Shown: positions 41,458-55,842 of the stretch, piece after piece | How positions within the stretch are numbered: position 1 is the stretch's first letter | Layout of the letters: every line of letters starts with the position of its first letter | Source of the DNA: Eledone cirrhosa | Lineage: Eukaryota | Length of the DNA stretch: 64,000 nt | Assembly (NCBI GenBank): GCA_964016885.1 | Contig: OZ024748.1 | Span: forward strand, 51,026,001-51,090,000 | Reading direction: 5' to 3' | Notes under the pieces: model-generated | What the model was told of the DNA's origin: nothing | The model's database searches: none | What the model saw: the letters and a program-made list of their open reading frames with translations, nothing else | Translations under genes and position numbers: made by a program

Positions 41458-41648
41458 ATAATTGTTTCTACGTTAGGCACAAGGCCAGAAATTACCCCAG
41501 TGCATTACTGGTACTTTATTTTATCGACCCCGTAAGGATGAAAGGCAAAGTTAACCTTGGCAGGATTTGAACTCAGAATGGCAAGGGCCGTAACTCTATG
41601 CGTCAAAGCATGGCATCCGACCCTCTACCGATACTGCCAATCCACCGC
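41458..41648 (-). mobile_element. Meta-SINE-like SINE copy, full length
   Basis: Matches the family unit with A and B boxes. Confidence 0.9.
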
Positions 41649-42149
41649 ACTGACAAATTTATAACTACCAATGTATATAAATAAATCAAAATATCAAATA
41701 TATTTATATAAAGTGTTGAAATTTCTATTCTGTTTTGTTTGTTTGTTCGGACACAGTTAAAAAAGTACTCAATATGTTGGTAGAGTATACACATCTTTAT
41801 TTCATATAGAAATTACTTCAATGGTGGATGTGTTGAATCAAAAGCATCTCTTTGTTCTATATATATCAATAGAGGAAATGTAAGGTTATATATGTGTTTG
41901 TTTTCTGTGTGTCCATATATATATATATATTTATATATATATATATATGTGTGTGTGTATGTATATATAAAGGGTATGGGCATGCTATGGATAGATGTAT
42001 AGTTGATAATGCGCTGAAACATCCGTTACCCGTTGTTAACTACTGACTAAGGAAGACTGTCCATCTCTTGTTTTTGTCTCTAACACCCATCATCAGTAAT
42101 CACACAGCCCTTCTCTCAACCATATTTCATACTTTGTCCTAAAGAAGAA

Positions 42150-42480
42150 CTTCAGGGTAAACAACATTTCTTGATTGGCTAAAATGTAGAGATTTTTTGA
42201 AGTTCCAGTCCTTGAAACAGCCACATAAAACATGCCATGACTGAAACATGGGTTTGTCAGATCTATACCAATAGTTTTGAAAGTTTGACCTTTATTCTTA
42301 TTGATGCTCAGGGCAAAGCATGGCCTCACTGGGAACTGCAGCCTCTTAAATGTGATATGGCAACTCGCTATCACTTGGTATAAGTGGAATCCTTGGAATG
42401 AGAAGAGCTTGACCTTTGTAAGCCCCGAATATAATGGTTGCTTCAATCAAGTTCTCATGCAATCTTGTTACAACACATCT
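42150..42480 (-). mobile_element. Helitron Rep/Hel PIF1-like helicase C-terminal fragment
   Basis: FKRLQFPVRPCFALSINKNKGQTFKTIGIDLTNPCFSHGMFYVAVSRTG matches the PIF1/Helitron motifs FA.TINKSQGQ and FSHGQLYVA.SR. Confidence 0.9.
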
Positions 42481-42813
42481 TGTTCAATTTATTATTGGCC
42501 AAAATGTTCACTATAGGGGGTTTAACCCCTATTAGGGTGTCTTAATATCATTGAATTTGCTGAAACTTTGTCATTTACCTATGGTTTAAATTTCATATAA
42601 ATCGAAGGGAAAAGATTTTCAGCAGAGGTTTGTGCCAGCGGGGCACGCTTCGATTAAAATGAAATATACTTATTCAAGTACCCTGGGCAATGTAGTTTCA
42701 GAATATATTTACTTATGGAGGTCTATCTCCAAAAACATAGGAGTTCGTGAACAAACAAAAAAACAGACAGGAACTACAAATTTATATATATAGATATAAA
42801 GTATATAAAATAA

Positions 42814-42851
42814 TACCGGTTTCGATGTATTAGTAAAATTCATCTTATCAA
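42814..42851 (-). ncRNA. Degenerate hammerhead relic
   Basis: TTGATAA-GATG-aattttactaata-CATC-GAAA-CCGG-TA: helix II and palindromic helix III (ACCGGT) intact; core has two substitutions and helix I is lost. Confidence 0.4.
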
Positions 42852-44042
42852 ATGTTGAGTATTACAATTCAAAAGAATTAGTAAGAATTAAAAACTAAAA
42901 ATTAAAGATTTAAAATTAAGTGTTTAAAATTAAGTTTTTTTCATCTTCCTTGTTGAGAAGGAGACTGGAAAAATGAAATCTTGTGTAGTAGCAGCAGCAG
43001 TGGTGGTAGTTATATATATATATATATATATATAGGCACACAGGCTCACAAATATATGAGATACATTCAATGTATCAGCAGTATCGTTTTAAATTCAATT
43101 TTTTCTACAAGCAAGGTTTGGATGGGTCTACATAAACCTAGTAAGTACTGAAGTGGAGATACTGATCTCCCAAACAAACCAGGGATCAGTGTCTCACTGT
43201 ATTTGTTTATTTTATTTTTTTTTTTTTTGTAATTATGAATCTCATTGTGAAAATATGAAAAAAAATCTCTAAATATATTTTGTCATTCTCTTGGTACACT
43301 CAAACAGGGATAGTTCATCAGAAAACACTATCTCTACCTTATCACTTACAAAGAGAACTTACATTTATATCAAAATCAAAATCAAAACAGAAATGGTCTG
43401 AACGAATCTGCATAATGTGCATTTTGATGAACCCCTGTGAAATGTGTCAAAATACTCCCTATATTTTTCGGTGTTCAAAGAGAATATCAAAATGTATTTA
43501 AATTTGTTGACATTTTCATAGTCATGCTTATGATAAAAACAAAAAATTGTAGTTACATCTAAATTAAATATATCTTAGATTTTCTAATATATGCTGTGTT
43601 ACACATAAATATTTATTATTTAATTAATCATGTTGCCAACCAATGCACATTATGAAAATTGTGGAATAAACTTTCCCTCTCATTCTATCACTATCTACAT
43701 CAATTTCTATCTCTTTCTCTAAATTCTGAAATAAATTATCTTTCCTTTGTTTTCAGCGGAGTATGACCTTGATCTCTTTAAATTCAGGATAAACAAGTTC
43801 GTTGCCTTATGTTGGGCTTTCTTTCATTTTATTATGATTATCATTTCTTTTATTATCATTTTATTATATTTCATTATATTTTCTCCTACATTGTCAATTC
43901 ATTTAACATATTTTATTGCCACCAGTTCTTTTATCATTTCTATAATTATCATCTCATTGTATCGTATTTAAATTTTTTTAGGAATTATCATATTGCCATC
44001 TTTTATTAGCTTCTTAAATATGTATATATATATATATATATG

Positions 44043-44118
<76 letters not shown>

Positions 44119-44174
44119 TATATAAATATATATACATATATATATAAATGTATATATATATATATACGTATATA

Positions 44175-44216
<42 letters not shown>

Positions 44217-44389
44217 TATATATATAATATATATATATATTTTGAAGTATTTGTTTAAATTACCATAGTATTTAAAACATTCAAACATTAACTGTATGAA
44301 CACTCAATATTGGTGGAGAGAGTATAGATATATATCTTCTAAGAAGAAAAGTTGCAGTGATTTTGAAATATTTCCTTAGTCATTTCATC

Positions 44390-44422
<33 letters not shown>

Positions 44423-44639
44423 ATGTTTTTATTGACCATTACTCTAACCATTGGTTAAAAGTGGTCTTTGAGTAAAAGTGTTCAATGAATAATATACAAA
44501 TCTAAACTAATAAATTTTAAAGTTACTGAATAATATGAAATAATTATTTAAAAAATACAATTATAAAGTAAACCAAAACAAATGAATACTGACATATGAG
44601 TCTTAACGACATTAAGAAAAATGTTGACAAATAAATACA

Positions 44640-44807
44640 AGAGTTGTCTGAAAAGTTTATGTTTCAAATTTGCCTGCTCTAATATCAACTCTTCTTATTA
44701 ATAACTGCATTGTTTCCTGCCAGGGTCTATGTTGAAAAATAAAACACATTTGAACATTCCATGAAAGTATCATGGTCAGCTTATGAACATTTCCACCGGC
44801 CCTCATA
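44640..44807 (+). mobile_element. Mariner-derived non-autonomous element, second copy
   Basis: Homologous to 40715-40905; ends in TIR-like GGCCCTCATA. Confidence 0.65.
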
Positions 44808-44907
44808 TTTCTGTGTGTCACACAAGGAGACTATATGGGTTGGCATCAAAGTGACAACTGACCAAAAAAATCTGTCCCAAAATGTCCTATCCAATTCATT
44901 TTAGTAT

Positions 44908-45245
44908 GGAGGCACATGGCTAAGTGGTTAGAGAATTGGCCTTGCAATCGAAAGGTTTTGAGTTCAATTCTCAGACCGGGTGATGTATTGTTTCCTTGAG
45001 CAAGACACTTTATTTCACATTGCTCCAGTTTACTCAGCTGTAGAAATGAGATAATAGGGACTGGGGTCCCTATCATTCCACTGCAAAGTGGTCGTGCAGG
45101 TGCCACAGCAAAAAAGCACCCAGCACTCACTGTAAATGAGGTTGGTGTTAGGAAGGGCATCCAGCTGTAGGAATCAAGCCAAAATCAGTTCCCGTCCCAC
45201 CCTTGCAAGCAGGGAAAAAGCTGACGTAAAATGAAATGATGATGG
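44908..45245 (+). mobile_element. SINE with tRNA/CORE-like head joined to third-family 3' body
   Basis: GGCACATGGCTAAGTGGTTAG..GAGTTCAATTC..CCTTGAGCAAGACACTTTATTTCAC..CACTGTAAATGAGGTTGGTGTTAGGAAGGGCATCCAGC..GATGATG. Confidence 0.75.
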
Positions 45246-45691
45246 AAAAGTTTAAAATCTCTCTCCACCCCACCGGTTCACCAGGCCAGAACTTATCCCA
45301 GTTTTTGTGGGCATTAAGCAATAGAGTACAAGACTCCCCCAGGATAGAACATCAGTCCATCTCAGGTTTAAACTCTCAGCTATTGCTGGTATTCATTTTC
45401 AGTTGAGTATACTGAAGCAATGGCGAATGAAGTGTTTTGCCCAAGAACATAACACACAACTCACTCCAGGAATTGAACCCACATTTTTTTTTTCTAATTT
45501 GTGTACATAGCCAGCAACTTTCAGGAAGGGAAAATTGATTATATTAACATCAGTATTTTACTGGTATGTTATTCTATCAACCTTAGAAGGATAAAAGGTA
45601 AAGTTGACTTCAGCAGCATTTGAAAATATAGAGCTATAATGATGATACTGCAATGTATTTCATCCGATGCACTAAAAGTTCTTCCAATCCA

Positions 45692-46180
45692 CCTGTCTAA
45701 TAATTGTTTCTACTTTTGGCACAAGGCCAGCAATTACCCAGTGTATTACTGGTACTTTATTTACTGGTACCTGTCTAATAATGAGCAATAATAATTGGTT
45801 CTACTTTAGGCACAAAGCCAGCAATTACCCAATGTATTACTGGTACTTTATTTACTGGTACCTGTCTAATAATGAGCAATAATAATTGGTTCTACTTTTG
45901 ACACAAGGCCAGCAATTACCCAGTGTATTACTGGTACTTTATTTACTGCTACCTGTCTAATAATGAGCAATAATAATTGGTTCTACTTTTGGAGAAGGAC
46001 AACAATTTAGAGAGAAGGGGAAAGTCAATTAAATCGACCCCAGAGCATTACTGTTACTTTATTTTATCGACCTCATAAGGATGAAAGGCAAAGCTAACCT
46101 TGGTGGGATTTGAACTAAGAACATAAAGAGACATAAATATATGGCATAAAGCATGTTGTTGAATGCTTTTCAGTTTTTCT
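45692..46180 (-). repeat. Tandem 78/91/91-bp duplications of a Meta-SINE-like 3' end followed by a longer copy
   Basis: CCTGTCTAATAAT at 45692, 45770, 45861 and 45952, each followed by TTCTACTTT..CAAGGCCAGCAATTACCCAGTG-like sequence. Confidence 0.85.
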
Positions 46181-46814
46181 GCTACATATATATAATACTC
46201 CAAAGAACTTGATTCCACATGTAGCACATTTTGAGGCATTCACTGCCTTGAAAATCAATTAGGTACAAATTCACTTCTCCCAATACATTATTTGTCCACC
46301 CCAGTTAATTATGCACCCAGTTTCATGTAAAAGACTGCATTATGTTACCTGAACATAGTGAAACACTGCCATTATGTCACCCTTACGGGGTCGATAAAAT
46401 AAAGTACCAGTAATGCACTGGGTAATTGCTGGCCTTGTGCCTAAAGTAGAAACAATTATGTCACCTGGACATAGTAAGAATTGCTTTTTTAACTCCCCCT
46501 GATGAAGTAAATATTCACATAAATAAATGTTTTTGACAGAAGGGGTCTGTGAGGCAGTAGGATATCTGTGATTTTCTCATGAATTCTTCTTCACTGTAGA
46601 ATAATTATTTGTTGAGTAATAAGTTACACTTTAATTAGAAACTTCAAATGCATTCTGTTCAGTTTTAGTGAGTCTTATTGTCAGATATACAAAAATCTGT
46701 TTATGGAAGCTATTAATACCATGTACCTTAGCTGCATTCTCCATCTTGTTTATATCATGAAACCCATAATAATGCATACATGAGCCAAACTATTTATATA
46801 TATATATATATATA

Positions 46815-46966
46815 TGCAAAAGTTTTATTTAAATTGTTGGGATACAACAAGCAAATATTTTTATAACTGATATAAAGCACTCGACAAATATTTGGAGTAG
46901 ATATATGATATTAATAAATGGATACTACCCCTTTTAAAAATTGACCGTTGTTTTTGGAGGCCATCA

Positions 46967-46970
<4 letters not shown>
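46815..46970 (+). repeat. Dispersed TA-flanked repeat of unknown class
   Basis: TTGTTGGGATACAACAAGC.AAATATTTTTATAACTGATATAAAGCACTC is also at 56838-57010. Confidence 0.8.
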
Positions 46971-47030
<60 letters not shown>

Positions 47031-47599
47031 TTCAGGTATAGACAAGATAAGTACAGACATGAAAAAACACAGTTTTATTGGATTCACAATTAGGAATTAA
47101 AGGCATATATATATATATATATACAAATATATGTGTGTCTGATGGTAGCTAAGATGCTTCCATAGGCGGTATGCCGGTTGAGCACTCTATAGTATTACAG
47201 AGCAGAGTGTGATAGAATAGAAAACGAAAAATCAGTGATGCATCTGAACTCAATTTATTGTGTTACAATTGTTTCACCGGCGTATGTATGTATATGTGTA
47301 TATATACATATACACATATACATACAAATTTATACATATATATATACATACATACATATATATAAGGATCGATCAACTTTCGTCAAATCGGACTGAGGAA
47401 TCAATGTTTCCATTGGTCTTTTCAATTGCTAGCACTATCTATCGGTCGCAACTCTAGGTAGAAGGAGCAACGTGAAATAATATATATTAATACATCTATA
47501 AACGTTTTAAATACACATCCAGCCAACTGTTATTTAATCTAACTATCTGCCTGCCCCTGTGGCAAATAAAGAATGATATCTATCTATCTAGCTAGCTAT

Positions 47600-47781
47600 C
47601 ATTTGTGCTCCTGAGGAGAAGGGTTGCACACTTTTTTTCGGGGGTGTGTGCGACCCCCCAAGGCGCCTCCTCCCTATTGAGGATTTTGTTATCCTCCTCC
47701 ATATTGAGGACGCCTTTGCATGTAAACTCCCCCCTTTGTACTTGTCCCACTTTTGATGCCCTGGTGGCAAATAAAAAGAAA
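47600..47781 (+). mobile_element. Tx1/L1-type LINE 3'UTR fragment
   Basis: Ends CCCTGGTGGCAAATAAAAAGAAA, like the 3' end of the 63140-64000 element; the same terminus occurs at 47554-47573 and 50892-50913. Confidence 0.6.
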
Positions 47782-47796
47782 GTTATCATTATATCA

Positions 47797-48251
47797 TGGA
47801 GAGTTACGGCCCTTGCTTTTCTGAGTTCAAATCCCACCAAGGATAACTTTGCCTTTCATCCTTACGGGGTCGATAAAATAAAGTACCAGTAATACACTGG
47901 GTGATTTCTGGCCTTGTGCCAATAGTAGAAACAATTATATCATGGAATGGCTGTATCGTTAGAGTGTCAGACACCATGCTTTTCCAGTATAGAGTTATGG
48001 TCTTTCACGATCTGAGTTCAAATCCCACCAAGGTTAACTTTGCCTATCATCCTTACGGGGTCGATAAAATAATGCCCCAGTAACGTACTGGTGTCGATTT
48101 ACTCGACTTTCCCTTCCCCAAAACTACTGGCCTTGTGCCTATACTAGAAATCGAGGTTGACTTTGCCTTTCATCCTTACGGGGTCGATAAAATAAAGTAC
48201 CAGTAATGCACTGGGTAATTGCTGGCCTTGTGCCTAAAGTAGAAACAATTA
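47797..48251 (+). mobile_element. Three head-to-tail full or partial Meta-SINE-like copies
   Basis: TCATCCTTACGGGGTCGATAAAAT occurs three times. Confidence 0.85.
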
Positions 48252-48354
48252 TATCTATATTCCTGCCTCTCAATCAATCTATCCATCAACCAATCTATCT
48301 AGCTATCCATCTATCTATCCTATCAACCATTCTATGCATCTATCTAGCCATCAA

Positions 48355-48398
<44 letters not shown>

Positions 48399-49292
48399 CA
48401 TCCATTAATCCATCTATCCATTAAGTCATCCATTTACCCATCAATGTTTTAAACGCCCAGTTCCAACAAAACACAGTGTGGAATGGTCAAGAGAAAATAA
48501 TTCCTCAATGACTGTTCTATGTTCTATGTTAATTGCTTCCTTCTTTTAGAAATGGTTCTGTCCCCTTTCTTCTCTGTTTTTCTATGTATATATCTGCTTG
48601 TTCCTCTCTGTCACTCAGGGAGTAAGTGTATAGGAGGGGTGTTGTACCAGATTTTGGAATCACAGACATTCATTAGGCCAGTTGTTTTGTTGTTTTGTGC
48701 ATGTGATTTTTTTTTTGTTCTTGTAGTCTTTATATTGATTTACATTTTTCTGCTAAATTTATTTGTATATATATATATATATGTATGTATATGTATATGA
48801 ATACAAACACACATATTTATATATGTATATGCACATATATATATATATATGTGTGTGTGTCAATATATATATATAAACATAAAAACATAGATATACACAG
48901 AAATACACATATATACAGGGGGTTTATATTTCTTATTTATTTGGTTGTCATTTATGTTTTTGGTTTCATTATTTTATTGTTTCCGATGTGTCCCTTTTTT
49001 CTGGTATGTGGAGTGATAAAGTGAAAGTAGAGAGAGAGGGGGAAAGAGAGGAATAGAGAGAAGGTAGAGGATAAAGGATATATATATATACATATATTTA
49101 TATATATATACATATATGTATATCTATCTATGTATCTATATATATACATATATATATACATACATATACACATGTATATATATATATATATATATGCATA
49201 CATATATATATATATGCATACATATACACACATATATATATACACATATATATATATATATACACACACATACCCACGTATGTAAATATATA

Positions 49293-49354
<62 letters not shown>

Positions 49355-49829
49355 TTTTTTTCTGTTTGTCTCCCCTCTCTATCCTCTCCCTAATACTCCC
49401 TACTCCAGCCTTTCTTCCATTTCCTCCCTATCTCTTCTGTAAATTAGCATAATTATCCAATATGAGTCACATGTGCAGTTTTTCATTCTTTCTTATTTAT
49501 ATAATTATTTTTATTATTTTGTATTTATATTTTATGTTTTTATTTATTTCAGTTTATTTGTTTATTTTTTTTATTTGTGTGCCTCTGTGTTTTTTTTTTT
49601 TTTTATTTAATTTGTTTTTTTTTATCCTACATGCTTGTGTATGTATGTTGAAGGATGCATACTTGTTTCAATGTGTATATATATATATATATATACACAC
49701 ACACATTTATATATATATACATATATATAATGCCTGAATGTATGTGGGTGATGTGTCCCCTTCGCTTGACTCGCTCACACCAAATGAATCGAACCCAAAC
49801 TAACTGTCCCTCCCACATACACAACAGCA

Positions 49830-50516
49830 TCACTACAACCACTACTCCATTACTACAACCTTTATCAGAGGCAATGCCATCACCCCAACACCTTCACCAC
49901 CACCACTACTACCACCACCACCACCACCATCATCATCATTATCATAATCATCACCATTATCATAATCATCACCATTATCATAATCATCACCTATATTATT
50001 TTCATTATCATCTTTACTGCTGGTCCTAATTCCACCACCACCACCACCACCACCACCACTACCACTATTACTACCACCAACATCATCATCATCATTGTCA
50101 TTATCATTACCAACATTATTTTCATTATCATCATAACTGCTAGCCACAAGATGACCATCACCAACATCAGCAGCACCATCATCATCACCATCACCACCGT
50201 CATCACCATCACCATCACGACCACCACCATCACCACCGCCACCATCACCACCATCACCACCACCATCGCCACCACCACCACCATCACCACCACCACCATC
50301 GCCACCACCACCACTTATGCTAGCAACATCACCACCATCATCACCACTTATGCTAGCAACATCACCACCACCACCACCATCATCACCATCATCATCATCA
50401 TCACCACCACCACCATCACCACCACCATCACCACCACCACCACCACCACCACCATCATCATCACCACCATCACCACCACCACCATCACCACCACCTACAC
50501 CCTCACCACCACCACT
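49830..50516. repeat. (CAC)/(CAT) trinucleotide low-complexity field
   Basis: Direct inspection. Confidence 0.95.
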
Positions 50517-50940
50517 CTAAAACAATCTGCATCATTGATGTCATCAGGTCCATAATGATGATCATCATCATCATCTTTAAGTCTCATGGAAAAAAAATAA
50601 CAAAAAAAACCCAAGGGGTCAGATCAAGGGGTCGGATCAAGGGGTTATTTCAGTTCATATCTGCATTCCAGCCAGCGGGATGGTGCTATGTCCAGAACCA
50701 GTCTTTTGCCCTGGAAACATCATCATCATCATCATCACGTATCCCAAATATCAGTCTCATTGTCATCATCATATATGTTCTGTCTGCCATTTTTGTCATT
50801 GTTAATTGTTTTTGTTATTGTGTATTGTGTACTCAGCTTTAGTGTAAACCCCTCCACTGTTCCTGTCTTTATATTGTCCCCTATATGTTGACCCTTGTGG
50901 CCAATAAATGAAATCACTATTACTACTACTACTAATAATA

Positions 50941-51680
50941 ATAATTGGTTCTACTTTAGGCACAAGGCCAGCAATTACACCAGTGCATTACTGGTACTTT
51001 ATTTTATCGACCCCGTAAGGATGAAAGGCAAAGTTAACCTCGTTGGGATTTGAACTCAGATCGTAAAGGGACGTAACTCTATGCGGCAAAGCATGGTGTC
51101 CGACCCTCTACCGATACTGCCAATCCACCGCCCTTTAATAATAATTGTTTCTACTTTAGGCACAAGGCCAGCAATTATCCAGTGCATTACTGGTACTTTA
51201 TTTTATCGACCCCGTAAGGATGAAAGGCAAAGTCAACCTCGGCGGGATTTGAACTCAGACTGTAAAGGGCTGTAACTTTATGCTGTAAAGCATGGTGTCC
51301 GACCCTCTACTGATATTGCCAATCCACAATAATAATTGTTTCTTCTTTTGGCACAAGGCCAGCAATTACCCAGTACATTACTGGTACTTTATTTTATCGA
51401 CCCCGTAAGGATGAAAGGCAAAGTTAACCTCGGCGGGATTTGAACTCAGACTGTAAAGGGACGTAACTATGCTGGAAAGCATGGCGTTCAACCCTCTACC
51501 GATACTGCCAAAATGATTTCTACTATGGGTGAGGGGAAAGTCAATTAAGTCAACCCCAACACATTACTGGTACTTTATTTTATCAACCCAGTAAGGATGA
51601 AAGGCAAAGCTAAACTTGGCAGGATTTGAACGTAAAGGGATCTAACTCTATGCCATGAAGCATGGTTACACCACCACTCC
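50941..51680 (-). mobile_element. Four head-to-tail Meta-SINE-like copies
   Basis: Units begin at about 50941, 51141, 51332 and 51515. Confidence 0.9.
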
Positions 51681-53099
51681 AATCACCAAAATCATCATCA
51701 TTACCACTACCACTAGCAGGACAAACAGTTTTTCTCTGGATGGTAACTATGGCAAAACAAAGGTTGTATGCTGGACACAACACAAAAATGGCTTCCTCTT
51801 TTCAAGAAATCCCTCATCATATTCAAGTTTAACTTGAGAAGGAATGTGAGGGGAGATAGTGAGAGAGAGGGGAGGTGGAAAAGATGGAAGGGGAGAGAGG
51901 GAGAGGGGAGGTGGAAGAGAGAAGGGTTAGAGGGGGGAGAGAGGGAGAGGGGAGGTGGAAGAGAGAAGGGTTAGAGGGGGAAGAGATGGAAGGGGAGAGA
52001 GGGAGAGGGGAGTGAGTATATACAGAGAGAGGGAGAGAGTATAGATGGAAGGGGGCGATAAAGGTGAGCCTGAGGGTGAGAGTGAGAGGAGGAGAGATGG
52101 AGAGAGGAGAGAGGGAGGGCAAGAGAGAGAGAGAGGGAAAAAGGAAAGATGGCGAGAGAGAGAGGGAGGGAAAAAGGAAAGATGGCGAGAGAGAGAGAGA
52201 GAGAGAGAGAGACAGAAAAAAGAGAGCAAGGAGAGAGAGAGATGTGTTACCTTGCAGTAAATTTGTTGAAAAATAAGTGAGCATTTATACAAAGCCTGAG
52301 TAAATTGGCCAATTCTAAGCATGAACATGTAAGCCAGAGAAAAGAGTTGAAAGAGGATAATTTATCCTTCTAATTCAGGCTAATCTTGGCTATGTGGTGT
52401 TTCTTGATTGACCTTAGGTTGTGGTCTTCCTCTTACAACTTTCTCATATTGTTGTTTACTATGTAGAATGTAGATTTTGGCTTTTTTGTTGTTCTATTCA
52501 TTCAATTTATATATTAACCCCGACACATTTTTTATAATCTGTCCCTGTAATGTTCACTTATCCATTGTCTTTGAAGCAATAATGGAGATTATGATCATCA
52601 TCATCAGCTTCATCATCATCACGACCAGCCTTATCACCATTTTCATCATCATTATCATCATCAACACCACCACCACCACCACAGAGAATCTCTTTAAGCT
52701 GTCTTCGATAAACAAATATTAATTAGGTCAGATCGTGTAGGACATGACATGTTTTTGTCTCAACACACTATCGATCCATAACCACCACATCTACCACCAC
52801 CTCAACCTCTACCATCACCAACACCACAATCTCCACCATCAACATAGCCTCACAACCAACTCAACATCTACCATAACCACCACATCCACCACCACCTCAA
52901 ACTCTACCAACACCATAACTACCACAACCTCTACCACCACATCCACAATAATCACTACTACCACTATCAACACCACCAACACCATCAACATAATCAGTAC
53001 TACCATATCCACCACTACCACCTCCACCCTTACTATAATCAGTAGCACCACCACTACCACCTCTACCACCAACAATATTGTCACCACCAAAACAACATC

Positions 53100-53950
53100 A
53101 CACCAGTATCGCAACCAGTACTACACTCACTACCACCACCAACATCACCAACACCACACTCACAACCAACACCAACACCACCCACAACATCACACTCACA
53201 ACCAACACCAACACCACCCACAACATCACACTCACAACCAACACCAACACCACCCACAACACCATACTCACAACCAGTACCACACTCACCACCAACACCA
53301 CCCACATCACCACACTCACAACCAACACCAACACCACCCACAACACCACACTCACAACCAACACCAACACCACCCACAGCACCATACTCACAACCAGTAC
53401 CACACTCACCACCAACACCACACACATCACCACACTCACAACCAACACCAACACCACCCACAATACCACACTCACAACCAACACCAACACCACCCACAAC
53501 ACCACACTCACAACCAACACCAACACCACCCACAGCACCATACTCACAACCAGTACCACACTCACCACCAACACCACACACATCACCACACTCACAACCA
53601 ACACCAACACCACCCACAATACCACACTCACAACCAACACCAACACCACCCACAATACCACACTCACAACCAACACCAACACCACACTCACAACCAACAC
53701 CACCCACAACACCATACTTACAATCAGTACCACACTCACCACCAACACCAACATCACCACCACCACTACTACCTCTACCACCAACACAACACCATACTCA
53801 CAACCAGTACCACACTCATTACCACCACCAACACCACCCACATCACCACACTCACAACCAACACCAACACCACCCACAATACCACACTCACAACCAACAC
53901 CAACACCACCCACAACACCACACTCACAACCAACACCAACATCACCACCA
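53100..53950. repeat. CA-rich minisatellite of mixed 36-bp and 48-bp units
   Basis: CACCACACTCACAACCAACACCAACACCACCCACAA (36 bp) interleaved with a 48-bp CCATACTCACAACCAGTACCACACTCACC.. variant; units are multiples of 3, which explains the long stop-free frames. Confidence 0.9.
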
Positions 53951-54288
53951 CCACCCTTATTATAATCAGTAGCACCACCACTACTACCTCTACCACCAAC
54001 ACAACACCATACCCACAACCTGTACCACAATCACTACCACCACCAACATCACCGCCACCACACTCACAACCAACACCAACACCACCATCACCGCCGCCAG
54101 CACCACCACCACCACCACCACAGTCCCCATGGCCACCTCCACTGTTATAACTATTAGAAATTCTAAGAACACCTCTATCACTGCTAAAATCACAAACAAG
54201 AACAACATCTTCTTCTTCGGGCTTTTAATTTATTTCTATTTTTATTACACACACGCACACAGAGATATATACACACACATACACACAC

Positions 54289-54319
<31 letters not shown>

Positions 54320-54446
54320 TACGCATATATATACATATGTAATTATATAGTGATAGTTACATTTACCATACCATTATCCTCTCCATAATGTTCCTTGTCT
54401 CTCTTTTTCCCTTTCTTTCAAACAACTTAACTTCTTGCTTCCCTTT

Positions 54447-54506
<60 letters not shown>

Positions 54507-54538
54507 TATATATGTGTGTATATATATATATATTTATT

Positions 54539-54580
<42 letters not shown>

Positions 54581-55619
54581 CATACACACACACACACATA
54601 TATATATAATATTCCTATAAATATTTCTCTTTACATATTCTAATACTTTTCAAGAATTTATAAATATTTCTGAAACTCACACTAATATACACACACAGAC
54701 TTAGGGACACATACATACATACATACATGCATGGACAGGCAGACTGTCAAACACATACATGCACACACATACAGACACATACACACAATCATATATATTA
54801 ATCCCCCCCCCCTATATTTACCCCCCTCCCCACATACACGCATATTGTTTTCTTTCTTTTATACTTTCACATAGCATATTGCTCTCCTCCCTCACATACT
54901 CAGCACACAAGGTACACACACAAATATACACACAGATATAAATACACACACACACACACACATATAAACACACATACACACACAGATATAAATATACAAA
55001 TACACACACATATATAAACACACTCACACAGATATAAATATACACACACACAGATATAAACACACACACACACACAGATATAAAGACATACACACAGATA
55101 TAAAGACATACACACAGATATAAACACACACACACACTGATATAAACACATACACACACAGATATAAACACATACATACAGATATAAACACATACACACA
55201 CAGATATAAACACATACATACAGATATAAACACATACACAGATATAAACACGTACACACAGATATAAACACACACACACACATAAACACATACACGTATA
55301 AACACATACACAGATATAAACACACACACACAGACATAAACACACACTCTATATGTACGTCTGTGTGTGTGTGAGTGTGTGCGTATATATATCAGACCTC
55401 GCAAGGACTCTATATCTTTATGATATATTGTTTTTGTTTATGCCACGAAACTACGTAGTCGAGGAATTTAGGAGCAGTTTAGGTGTGATACATTTTATTA
55501 CTAATTATATCTAAATGTTTCTTCTCTCTTCATAATGTATATATATATATATTCACCCAGCTTATACTGATAGAATAACTATGTAGCTTGTGTCTCTTCC
55601 TATCTTCGGTTAGCTTTCC

Positions 55620-55770
55620 TCTGTGTTGTTTACTTGTCTCACTCGCTTTACGCGTTTTAATTGTCCTAATAACTTAATTTAGTTATTATTGCGCCAACGT
55701 GAGGTATATGATTTTTAATGCAATGAAATACCTATGACCGTTGGTAAATCACTGATGAGGGACTCATTTT
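55620..55770 (+). mobile_element. Dispersed repeat, probable Penelope-like terminus
   Basis: GAGGTATATG..GC.ATGAAATACC.ATGA..GTTGG.A.ATCACTGATGA.GGACT is shared with 61060-61200(-); nearby half-hammerhead GAAA-CTACGTAG-TC-GAGG at 55447-55464. Confidence 0.55.
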
Positions 55771-55842
55771 ATAACATGTTATCCATGTGCAACCATGCAG
55801 TATTCTTCTCCCCATTTTTTCATATATATATATATATATATG

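Noticed and set aside
41570-41648. tRNA genes at the A/B-box motifs
   Set aside because: These are SINE heads; no cloverleaf can be drawn
46494-46547. CCCC-CTGATGA...GGGG hammerhead-like stretch
   Set aside because: GAAA and UH are absent and helix II does not pair; at best a heavily decayed relic
52744-54150. 468-aa His/Thr-rich ORF (or antisense Gly/Val/Cys-rich ORF) as a structural protein
   Set aside because: Frames are open on both strands because the repeat units are multiples of 3 and CA-rich; no signal peptide or splice context; transcript evidence would be required
55725-55765. Permuted (type II) hammerhead GAAATACC..GGTA..CTGATGA
   Set aside because: No U opposite A15.1, no helix I, and the pairing is not kept in the homologue at 61060-61110
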